Below, piece after piece: positions 25,219 to 35,641 of a stretch of 64,000 nucleotides of DNA. How positions within the stretch are numbered: the stretch's first letter is position 1; every line of letters starts with the position of its first letter. The DNA comes from Eledone cirrhosa (taxonomy: Eukaryota). The stretch covers positions 9,052,001-9,116,000 of the forward strand of contig OZ024752.1 of NCBI GenBank assembly GCA_964016885.1, given 5' to 3'. The notes beneath the pieces were generated by a model. It was given only the letters and a program-made list of their open reading frames with translations, did no database searches and was not told the origin of the DNA. The position numbers and the translations under genes are program-made.

Positions 25219-27070
25219 TCAATCAGTATCTTTATTAGGAGTAAAGCTACACAAGTACATGTCATTGCCATGCTCTAGACAGCGTTGACCTGGTTCATTC
25301 GAATCATAACGGCACATCTTATATGGCGGTTCTGTTGACTGACGTAATTCATGACAGTCGTCGTCGTCATCATTCCAGTCTTCAAGATAGTCTCGCCAGT
25401 TCACGTTGTTATTCCCGTCAACCACTTCGTTCTCTGCATACGATGTAGATGCCACGCATTCATCTTGTCTCTGCATACGATGTAGATGCCACGCATTCAT
25501 CTTGTCTCTGCTTTTTATCGTCTGGTATTTCTATTTCAAGCTCTGTTGTACTGCTACTCCACCTTCTTTTGCCCAAGGTTCTTTCCACTGGTGAGTAGAA
25601 ATCCTCTTGAACTTCTTGGTAAAATCTCGTCTTTGGTAGTGCTTCTATAGGTGTGGACATGTATTTGTTCTCGCTGTAGTCTTTGATGTAGTCTCGCCAT
25701 ATTGTTAGCCACATCATGGGATTCAACTCTTTCTGTCCCCATTCTTTTAGTTTAGGCATAGCTGCATTCGTGTTATAAATAAACATACGCGCTCTTAACG
25801 CCCCCTCATCTTGCATCACTCTATCCCATGGATTCGAGTTGCCGGTGCTGATACAAGGCGTTCTGTGGAGAATACGTTCCTGCTGATGTTTGATATTCAC
25901 GTACGTTTCGGTCCCTTCGAGAATACATTTAGCCTCCTCGATATTGATGTTGGTAAACCACATCTCGTCCGTAAATATTAACGTTTTATCAATGCAAGTG
26001 CCAAAAGTGAAATTATCACTGGCCTGACATCTCATTCTCCCACAATTCATGAGTCCGTTTCTTATACTTCTTAACAGATAGCTCTTTCCGCTGTTGGGTT
26101 GGCCAGTAATGTGTAAGCTGTTTTTCTTGGGTAATATCTTGTGGCAGACATCAAACAGGTCCCTGCCAAACTTTACGTGGCTTATGCTGTGAAAAGCGCA
26201 CCAATGTTCATATATTGCCAAGCTTGTATTAACTGTCCAGTAACGCACACCATCGCTGCCCAACATTAGTTTCTTTTGCTGTATTTGTTCCCATATTGGT
26301 GTAATTCGATTCTCTATCTGTAATTGGGTTGAGGCGGGTTGAAGTAGTGATGAAAGATTAGGCGTATTCCTGTACACTGAATCCCATGCGTGTCCGTACT
26401 TGTCTTTGCCTATTGTACAGACGAAGTTGATGATGTCACCGAGGTCTGTAGAATTACATTTACTCATCAGATCCTTTACAAAGTTAAACTTGTTGCCACG
26501 TACTGTGTCATTTGTTTTAATCTTTGTAGTCGTGTCTTCAACGGGTATCGGTATCATCTCTTTCATCGTAATGGCTGATAACATCTTTCTTTGACTCATT
26601 GTTTTTATGTCGTTGCAAGCTATTACATCATACTTTTGCAAGTACTCCGCAAATCCTGCTGGTGATTCTATCTTTGCCGCCTTCATTTCGTATTGGTTCT
26701 TTGGGTCTTTCGTTTGTAGTATCTTTTTCAGTTTCAAGAAGCTGTGTTGATTCGTTAGGTGTGACGTATGCCATGTGATTATGTGAAAATGATCCACGTC
26801 ATCGCAGTGCTTAATTCGCGAGGGACCTTTGGGATGGTAGATAACTATTGATGTGAACGTGCAGAGTAATCTAAATAAGAGTGAGTGCTCCTCTTTAAAC
26901 GGTTTGTAATTAATTGTCTGAGATGGTGATTTGAAGAGGTCTTGTTCCGCCCACGTAAATTCGTTGGGCTCTTGCCACCTGTACACCCATGTGTAAGCTG
27001 TGGTTCCTTTGGTGTTTGTTGTATCGTTGAAGAACTCTTCATTGAATTTCTGTTTCTCCTTGTGATCCAT
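25219..27070 (-). pseudogene. NS1: Parvovirus-like NS1, EVE B1 (C-terminal frameshift)
   Basis: DHFHIITW HUH, GQPNSGKS Walker A, IFTDEM Walker B, ISTGN motif C; a 37-bp tandem duplication (25431-25504) shifts the tail into ORF 25219-25500. Confidence 0.9.
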
Positions 27071-27095
27071 GACTGCTCTGCTGTAAGATTTTAGC

Positions 27096-28855
27096 TTACT
27101 TGTTCACAAACTGCCCGCTTCTGTATTTAAAGGGACTGTCTTTATCGCCCACGTCCATAGTTCTCGCGTGCTGGGCGTTCTTAACTCTATGACCATGAAA
27201 ATGTCTGCCCGGATTGGTTACACTGTGTAGATCGTATCTATACTCTTGGTCTGTGTTGATTCTACGTGCTGCGTTTATATTGGTTGTTGCAATTATCTGT
27301 GGGTGGTTCAGTTGATCGTAATCAGCTTCGATGGTGAGGAAGTATTCAATTTCCATCTGAAACATTAATGTCTGTATTGCGTTATTTCCATTTACTTTCA
27401 CTGGCACGTTTATCAGTACCATATTTGGTGGGTCTTCTGACGTGTACAAAACGTTATTTATGAGTGTTCTGTCTGCCACGGTGTAGATTCCTCCTGTTGT
27501 TTCGTAGTCTCCCGCCACTGTCGTAGATTCTCTGATACATTGATAGTTCATACCCATTTCGTTGTACTCTGCCATTGCCACGTCTTCCATCCATCCCAGT
27601 CGTGTTATGTTTCTTGGGTTTTTATAGTCTAGCCATTCAGCTCCCTTCTCGAAGCTTGTTCCCCCGTACGGTGCAGATGCCACGTTTATTCCTCCGTCAG
27701 TATTGATGTAGCTATTATTTTGTGCGTGAAAGTCGTTAGCGAACTTACCACAGTTTAGAATATTACCGTGTAGTATCACGTTTCCATTTCTTTCTGTGTT
27801 GGTTAACGGATGTGTTAATCTTGAATGATTTTTCCATTTATGCACGAATGTATCTCCTTGTCTCACTTCTTTGACGTCGCTTAACCCTCTCCAGTCGTGT
27901 AGTTTTATCATCGGTATAGTTACTTTTGAGTCAGCAAACGTAGTTCCCATGTCTGCCAGTCATGTAGTTTTCTCATTTCAACTGTTGCTTTATTATCAAC
28001 GAATGTGTGTCTTAGGTCTTGTATGACGTCTGCACTCGCCATGTAGAAATATTCGTATGTTGGTAATAATAGTTGGTTCATGCTTGTTGGATGTATGAGT
28101 TGGAACCCATCATTGGGTATGGAGGAGACGCCTCTTAGATTGTTGTATCCGATATATTTTCCTCTGTCTATGTATATTTGGAAATATGGTAACGGATTGT
28201 TGATAAATTGATCCTCTCTTCTCTGTACTATCCACTCTGAGCATGTAATATTCGATATTTGGAAACCCATTTCTTTGACGCGGTATGATGTAGCCATACT
28301 GAGTTGCACTTCCCATTCGATGGGTTTAACCCACGTAGTCATCCAGTATGGTACAAGATAGTCTTTTGATTTGCATACACCTCTCGTCATTTGATCTTTG
28401 ATATTGGGCTGATTATCTCCGGCCTGTTTAATCATCGTAAATACACCAGTGGATTCGTTCATATTGCTAGATTTCACTACATTTAGGAATTTCCTTGTGA
28501 AAGTGACCTCTCGTTGATAGGGGCCAGTCGGGGCAGGTATTTGGGAGGATGAACCATGTTGTGTACCGGACCATCCACCTCCTCCATCAGACCTCTCAGT
28601 CTCAGTATCCGTCTCCATCCCAGCCATAGTAGCAGCCCCACCAGTATCAACAGTATCGGTAGGAGTACCTCGAAAATATGAATCGAGTCCCAGATAATGC
28701 TTAGCTCCGATTGCCGCTGCTGCGCGTATACCTGTAGGTCCGGATTTAACCGCCTCTCCGATGAATTTCTTGTCAGCGAACCAGGTTCTGATGTCTTTGT
28801 TTCCATATGCGATGTCGTGTTCCTTTGCAGCCTGGTCTAGCCTATTGCGTGGTAC
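27096..28855 (-). pseudogene. Capsid VP of EVE B1 with PLA2 remnant; chimeric and frameshifted at ~27950
   Basis: Frame of ORF 27920-28627 extends upstream as VPRNRLDQAAKEHDIAYG (PLA2 catalytic helix); Gly-rich GGGGWSG; start codon and Ca-binding loop missing. Confidence 0.85.
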
Positions 28856-28917
28856 CCAATATTTGATGGTCCTGGTTCCTCCTCGGGCGGCTTCTTCCGT
28901 TTGCGACTACTCGGCAT
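28856..28917 (-). CDS. Putative NS1 leader exon of EVE B1 (MPSSRKRKKPPEEEPGPSNIG)
   Basis: Follows TATA (CTATATAA ~28945-28952); ends GG|GTAC in phase 2, matching acceptor ATCTTACAG|C AGA GCA GTC ATG at 27081; donor is weak, possibly a deletion junction. Confidence 0.45.
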
Positions 28918-29109
28918 ACTGATGGTTTCATGATTTTTTTCTTATTATATAGGCTGATTTGAGGTAACTATCATACCACATCGCTGTCGGCGGTCTGAAA
29001 TACTATACCGGGCACCTCTTCTACCAGTGTGATCAATGGTCAGCAGTGATTATCCCATTCCCACACCATCGGCTTATTATTACATTGTATTATAGACGAA
29101 AGGGGTGGG

Positions 29110-29480
29110 AATGTATTTTTTTGCCTCTGCCTGTAGCTCCTTCGCTTTGGTTATATCTACTGGCAGATAGTCGAGGGTTTTCCTTGTTTGTGTTGCTGTT
29201 GTTGTTATCACAGTTATTGGTCTTCTTGTTGTTGTTATTGTTATTGGTGTTGTTTTCGTCCGTAGCATTGTTGTTGTTGTTGCTGGTGCCGCTGGTTCTT
29301 TGGTTTGTTGCCAAGTTGTTGGTCAGCAGGTGGAGAAAATCCTTCTTCTGGCTGACCTTTGTTTTTGACCTCTGCTACTGTGACAGTGGCAAGCTGTGAG
29401 CTTATCTTCCCCTTTCCTCCTTCGAATTTTGGTGAAGAAGCTTCAGCCATTTTACAAAAAAATGTTAACTTTTCAAAAAA
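29110..29480 (-). repeat. Duplicated 5' part of the L1/Tx1-like LINE ORF1
   Basis: Near-identical to 33295-33660 (MAEASSPKFEGG...(CAA)n...ELQAEAKKY). Confidence 0.9.
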
Positions 29481-29603
29481 TAAAAAAAAAACTACCAACC
29501 GACCTCCCGGCCGGTTGGTAGTTAATTTTATTATTGCAAAGCTTCTTTTTTTTTTTAATTCAATATTTTATTTCACAAAATTATATAATGAAGACATGCA
29601 AAA

Positions 29604-31278
29604 TTATAAATTCTCACAAGCAGAGAGAGGTGATAAATCTTGACCATGAGGATCTTCACCCATCAGTTTTCTGTATTTTCTCCATCTGGAGCCACGAGTA
29701 CAGTTTTCTTTGTCTTCGTCATTTTCGTCGAGGTGCACAGTGTCCCCGCTTCGACAAGGAGACGGAGTCCGTAGTCTATCTGATCGTTTTCTTTTCTCTC
29801 TTTGGAGTCGCTCGTATTCTTCTGTAATAGTTAATAGGTTATCATCGGAAGATGAACTGTCATCGTTAACTAAATCTGAGAAGCAATCAATGTTCATAGA
29901 ATAAGATATTCCAAACATGAGGATTAATCTTTTTTTTTACAAATTGTAGAAAGGGAGACGAAGTATTAAATAGATACTCATTGTATCTTGTTACAAACGC
30001 TAGCCGTTCAGCTATTGGCGCATTTTGGTCAAATTTATTATTCGAAGTGATAATTAACGGTGTTCTGTGTACAACTTGGTCTAATTTGAATTTTACTGAA
30101 ACTTCAGTATCAGTCCCTTCAGCTAATTTCTTAAAAGTTTGCAGTGATTCTAATGTAAAGTTAGGTTCTTCGATTAACCCAATTTCAACGTTAATGAGGT
30201 TCTGAAATGGGAAACTGCTAGTTCCCTGTACCGTACTGACGTGTGTGAACATATCAGCGATTGATCGGGCTATCATTGACTTTCCCGTGTTCGGTAGCCC
30301 ACGTAGCACAAGTAGATTTGTTTTTGTTTTTTTTTTGGTTAGAAGTTGCCATACGTTCCTTACAAAAGTTTCTTCGTCTATGTCTTGTGTCATTAGAATT
30401 GATTTAATAACTTGAAGAGACGGTTCAGTTTGTAAATAAATTCTGTTGTTATTTTCAGTTGTGTACGAATCCCAATTCATACTTTCAAATTTTTCCTTGA
30501 ATGGCATTATCAATGTCTTCAATTTCATGCATTCAAGTACTTTTTTCATTACTGTATCGTACATAGCGTGGCTTATAGCTCTCATAAAGTTTTCGTTGTT
30601 AGGTCTATTTAACCAGTGACTTTTCATATCTTGTTCAGATTTGAATTTTCGGCTGGTGAAAATATAAGTCAGATAGTTGAACAACGTCATTGTTGTGCCG
30701 TTTCTCGTTTTAAATGTTGCTTCTTCTGAATTAATATTGTTATTTGCTTCGTCTTTCTTAGGACTATTTACTGGTTTCATTCTGTATTCTTCTTGACACC
30801 ACATTGAAAATTCGGCGTTTATTTTACTGCGTCCCTCGAATAATAGATATCGAGGTGCTTGGCAAAAGTAATTCGCCATACTGCTCGGAAAACGTACTCT
30901 TTGGCAATCGGGTATGAATTTAACTAGTTTAGTTGCTTTCTTATATAGTTGTCGTATGTATTTAAGTCTTTGGTCTTCTCCGGGTCTTATTTCATTGTTC
31001 CATATTATATGGAAATGGTTCTGAGTGTTCCATTCTTTTCTGGTGCATACTTGTGTTTCTGCAGGATGATATATCACCGTTGCTCCGTTGATAGCTGCGA
31101 ATTCTATGATCTTGGCGTTTGAGGATATTTGTGATTGGCTTTTACGGTTTTGTGTTTCTGTTTCGTAGTCATTACATACGTTAATGTCATATGTGTATGG
31201 CGTTTCGTCTTCGTACCATACAAAATCGTCCTTCTCTATCCATGGGTATATTATCATATACATTTTTTTACCGGTATT
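29604..31278 (-). pseudogene. NS1: Parvovirus-like NS1, EVE A2 (exon 2; frameshift at ~29887)
   Basis: NHFHIIW, GLPNTGKS, LIEE, IITSNN; collinear with A1; a 4-nt duplication (CATTGATTGC) moves the tail into ORF 29604-29918; acceptor TTTCCATTTTTGCAG at 31279. Confidence 0.9.
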
Positions 31279-31316
31279 CTGCAAAAATGGAAAGAGGTTA
31301 TTTTTGTAATATTACT

Positions 31317-32894
31317 TTAACGATGTGCTTGTCTGGTTTTACCCACTCTCGTTATTTCATAGTTACGTAAACCTTGCGGCCATTTGCATAAATTAGTTTT
31401 AGCAGAGTTAGCTATTAAGTTAGTATCGCTACAGTAACACATCCATCCCATATATTGAGGACTACCCGAAATGTATTCGAAATCTATTTCTGAGTGATAC
31501 GTAACTGTTATCATGAAAGATATTTTAGCCGCTTGATTTTGTGAATCGAGTATAGGTACTGAATCTAGTGTACATATAGGAGGTGGATTAGATGGATTTA
31601 TTGGGAATTGTGTTAAGTGTGATCTGCCCGTGTTTTCTTCTTCTACGTGACTATCTACAGCTAAATCCTTACTCCATTTACCGTTAGCTGTTGGTGCCCA
31701 CATACTTTTTTTAGCTCCAGAGTATGTGTTAATTTCTGTAGGCAACCCGTTAGTAGATAAAATTGTTGGTGGTTCGAAAGTAGTATTGAATGCGCTATAA
31801 CCCATCATATTGAACCAGCTTGGTGTTCTGTTTACCCATGTATATCCAGCAGTATCGCCCGCATATATGAAATTGAAGCTACCTGTGTTTAAATACGACA
31901 GAATTTCTTCTGCTGGTAATTCTTGATCTGTAGCTGTTGCAGCTTTGTTTCCCTGCCATAACCACCAGTCATGTCTTACTAATCTGCTTGTTTCCAATGT
32001 TTTAAGTTTACCCTCATCTCTAGTTACTGGTATATTATGTGTCCAGTTACTGTTTAATTGATTTAATTCGTATGTTCTGTTTGGAAACAATGCATATTTG
32101 TTATCTACGTAGTGTATCATCCATGGTCTAGTGTTAAATGTTGTATTTGTTGTTGTTGTGTTTTGTAACGTTCCTAATTCGTCGGTTAACGGTATTATAT
32201 TTGATATCTTGTATCCGCACGATTTTATTCTCATGTTACTAGCAGGTGTTAAGTATGTTTGTAGTTCTGCTACTGTCATGCTTGCTTTTAAGTCTGTATA
32301 TGGTATTAATGCTGCTTTGTGATCTATTCTTAATACTAAGTATTCCGTATCAAATTTTTTGTAATAGGCTTTATCGAAAGGTGTGTCGCTACAGTTAACG
32401 TAATGTATAAATGTTCTAGAGAACTTTTTGGTGACTATTGGATTTATATCTCCTATATCTGGCGGTTGATCCCCTTGTGCTAATGCTGCTGATCCCCCCG
32501 GAGCTGGCCCTACATGAGGATCCCCCATTGTTGGTGTTTCTGCTATTCCACTATCTTGTGATGTTACTGCGTTTAGTAAGTCTTTATCTGATATATCACA
32601 CAATTCTTCCTCGTTCTTATGAGATTGTTGTTCTTCTACTCTCCTTTTTTTTCCTGTAGGTGGCATTACCCAATTTTTCCCTCTTATTATATTTTTAACT
32701 AAGAACGCCGCTACTCCATCTACTTTTTCAGCACACTCTATAAGCTTATTATCAGCATCTATAATATCTACGTTATTATTTCCGTAACTTATATTGTGTT
32801 CTCTGCAGCAATTATCTAAATCATTTATCGTTATCTTATTTAGGTCTTTTGTATATGGTCCACAATAATTATACCCAGGAATATGTAAAGGCAT
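31317..32894 (-). CDS. Capsid VP with PLA2 region, EVE A2 (open frame)
   Basis: MPLHIPGYNYCGPYTKDL identical to the A1 start; collinear homology throughout; catalytic HD is HN. Confidence 0.9.
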   Translation of the reverse strand: MPLHIPGYNYCGPYTKDLNKITINDLDNCCREHNISYGNNNVDIIDADNKLIECAEKVDGVAAFLVKNIIRGKNWVMPPTGKKRRVEEQQSHKNEEELCDISDKDLLNAVTSQDSGIAETPTMGDPHVGPAPGGSAALAQGDQPPDIGDINPIVTKKFSRTFIHYVNCSDTPFDKAYYKKFDTEYLVLRIDHKAALIPYTDLKASMTVAELQTYLTPASNMRIKSCGYKISNIIPLTDELGTLQNTTTTNTTFNTRPWMIHYVDNKYALFPNRTYELNQLNSNWTHNIPVTRDEGKLKTLETSRLVRHDWWLWQGNKAATATDQELPAEEILSYLNTGSFNFIYAGDTAGYTWVNRTPSWFNMMGYSAFNTTFEPPTILSTNGLPTEINTYSGAKKSMWAPTANGKWSKDLAVDSHVEEENTGRSHLTQFPINPSNPPPICTLDSVPILDSQNQAAKISFMITVTYHSEIDFEYISGSPQYMGWMCYCSDTNLIANSAKTNLCKWPQGLRNYEITRVGKTRQAHR

Positions 32895-32904
32895 GATTAC
32901 TTAC

Positions 32905-32958
32905 GTTGAGTTCTGCCAACATTCCTGCATCTCTAGTTTTAAGATCTTCGTAACTCAT
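32905..32958 (-). CDS. Putative NS1 leader exon 1 of EVE A2 (MSYEDLKTRDAGMLAELN)
   Basis: 18 codons, then AAC|GTAAGT consensus donor 10 nt before the VP ATG; phase 0 with acceptor 31279. Confidence 0.78.
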
Positions 32959-33039
32959 GTTGATGGTTCTTGTATGTAGTAGTGGAGTAACGGCGTTCTT
33001 CTTAGCGTCTGCGTCTTCAACTGTTAAGATGCGCGCGCT

Positions 33040-33180
33040 TTAATATATTTATAGCAATTCTATGCTGACGTGTCAGTATATCACGTGATAATAACATGTT
33101 TGGACACGTATATCACTCATGATCGTAACGTGTTTGAACACGTTTCACTTATTTCTATATCTCTATTCTGATTGGTCGAT
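33040..33180 (-). promoter_or_regulatory. Viral Pol II promoter of EVE A2
   Basis: TATAAATA (~33046-33053), TGACGT, ATCACGTGAT 33080-33089, CCAAT (~33170). Confidence 0.65.
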
Positions 33181-33274
33181 TAATTTCTGCACAATGCACT
33201 GTTCTTTTGGCATAGGAGGAATGTAGGTCGGGAGGGAGGTGGAGGAATTCTAAGAATTTAGCGGATAGGCAATC

Positions 33275-33850
33275 GTACCATTTTCCCCGTACATTATGTA
33301 TTTTTTTGCCTCTGCCTATAGCTCCTTCGCTTTGGTTATATCTACTGGCAGATAGTCGAGGGTTTTCCTTGTTTGTGTTGCTGTTGTTGTTATCACAGTT
33401 ATTGGTCTTCTTGTTGTTGTTATTGGTGTTGTTTTCGTCCGTAGCATTGTTGTTGTTGTTGCCGGTGCCGCTGGTTCTTTGGTTTGTTGCCAAGTTGTTG
33501 GTCAGCAGGTGGAGAAAATCCTTCTTCTGGCTGACCTTTGTTTTTGACCTCTGCTACTGTGACAGTGGCAAGCTGTGAGCTTATCTTCCCCTTTCCTCCT
33601 TCGAATTTTGGTGAAGAAGCTTCAGCCATTTTACAAAAAATGTTAACTTTTCAAAAAAACTTTTGGTAACTATTTCGCCTAAAGGCGTAGAATATTTTGA
33701 GAGACTGACCAGATCAAAGTTTGACCTGGCAGTCCCGCTACAAAATGGTACAAAAATTAAAGTTTACAGTCAAGAATTTCTATAGAAATTTAAGCAAAAC
33801 TTACTCAGCAAGTTATACGCGTGTGTCCATCCCAGATAGATAGATCAGTC
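33275..33850 (-). mobile_element. L1/Tx1-like LINE 5' part (5'UTR and start of ORF1, ATG 33629)
   Basis: Reads ...ELxAEAKKYIMYGENGT, the same text that resumes at 20113-20073 (KKYIMYGENGTFST) and runs on into the zinc-knuckle ORF1. Confidence 0.65.
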
Positions 33851-34393
33851 ATAAGAGTTATTTTGTCAGATAAAGTGTCAATCAAGAAACTTTTGCCTGT
33901 TCCACCAACACCAGAAACAAATTTGAGAAGCTGTGAGCAGTCATCACATCTGCATCTGGATAGAGGCTTGTCTTTATTCCAATGAAGCTCTTGTTTTTTG
34001 ATAATTGAAATGACTTCATTGTAAATTCGTTTTTGATCTTCATTGAGTTGAGCTTCTTTTTCAACCACTGAATCATCAGTTACATTTCTTTCCATTTGAT
34101 CTTCAATTAAACCATCCACAATTTCATTTTCATCATTTGGTTCTTCAATTACTTTTTCTTTACTTTTTTTTTCTTCTTCAATTTCCAATTGTTTTGCCAA
34201 TTCAATAGAATCGGCAATTCTTTTTTTTTAATATGTTCATACTGAGCCATAGCTGGTAATTCTGAAAAACAATTTTGAAATGCTTCTTCATAGGAACTGA
34301 AACTACTCAATAAATCAATTTCCTCATTTCTCCAAGGCTTAAAAAGCATGAGAATATTGTGGTAATAGCATTCCTTGTTTTCTTTGTTTAGAG

Positions 34394-35641
34394 CAGTGGT
34401 TCTTAACCTTTTTACTTGTTCGCACCCCATTCAATTCACCAGCCAGTTCTCGCACCCCCTTCCAGAATTGATGAAAAGCAATATTGATATCATAATCATA
34501 ATGTGTAAGTAACAAAACAATCATGTATTTAATTCTTTATTTACATAACTGACAACAAAATAATGCATTGCAGGATTACAAAAATCAAGATTACATTCAT
34601 ACTAGTAAAAAAACGAAATAACATTGTGCTTGTACTATGCATGGTGTGCTGTGAATTATTATGGCTGAGCGCCAAATTCAGTGACTTTGTTGCTGTTGCT
34701 TTCCATTTATGATGGCATCAAATCTTGGTGTCTTGGTGCTGAGTGCCACTCGCATGTCGTGTTGAGGATCCAGCCGATTTCGGCTCTTGGTTTTGATGTG
34801 AAGCAGACAGGAAAATCCAGTCTCGCAGAGGTAAGTAGTCGCGAAAGGCGTGAGCACAGTGAGAGCCTTCTTTGCCAGTGCAGGATACGTTTCCAACTGA
34901 GAAGCCCAGAAGTGCTCCAAGTGACCATCGGTAAACTCCATTTGCATTCCACGATTGTTTCTGAGTTCGATGAGATCTTCCTTGATGTTGCTATCATCAT
35001 CAACATCTTCCATATTATGCTTAAAAGGGTGCCGGATCCAGTCGTCACAGGGTTTTAGCTCTCCACACGAGAAGTAGTCATCAAATGAGGTGCACAGTAT
35101 CTGCAGATGTTCAATAATTTTTGAAACAAAATCTTGATGTAGGCAAGCATCCTCTGTTACTGTTTCTTCAAGGGAAGGAAAATTTGCCAAGTTCCCTTTC
35201 TTTAAACGCCTAATCCACAAAACAATTTTGTCTTTGAATGTAGCCAACTTCTCACTTGCAATCAAAATGTTCATCCCTCTTCCTTGTAGTGAGCGATTGA
35301 GCTCATTGAGTGCTGTGAACACATCAGCCAAATAGGCAAGCATTTGAATAAATTCAGGATCATCAAAATATCCAGCCAGTTCTTGTCCCAGTCCGTGGAG
35401 AAACTGCTGAATTTCTTCTCGCAATTCAAACATACGAGATAGCACACGCCCACGTGACAGCCACCTCACTTCGGTATGGTACAACAGCACAGTGTGTTCC
35501 TGACCCACTTCCTCACAAAATAACTGAAACAGTCGATGATTCAGAGCACGACCACGAATCATATTCACGATCTTCACACAAATCTCCAAAGTCTTTTTCA
35601 GGTATGGGGGCAATGTTTTTGCTGCAAGAGCCTGCCGGTGT
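34394..35641 (-). mobile_element. hAT (Charlie/Buster/ZBED5-like) transposon 3' half
   Basis: HRQALAAK, HTEVRWLSRG, LAYLADVF, PFATTYLCETGFS dimerisation motif; TIR cagtggttcttaacc at 34394 next to gtttagag. Confidence 0.88.
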
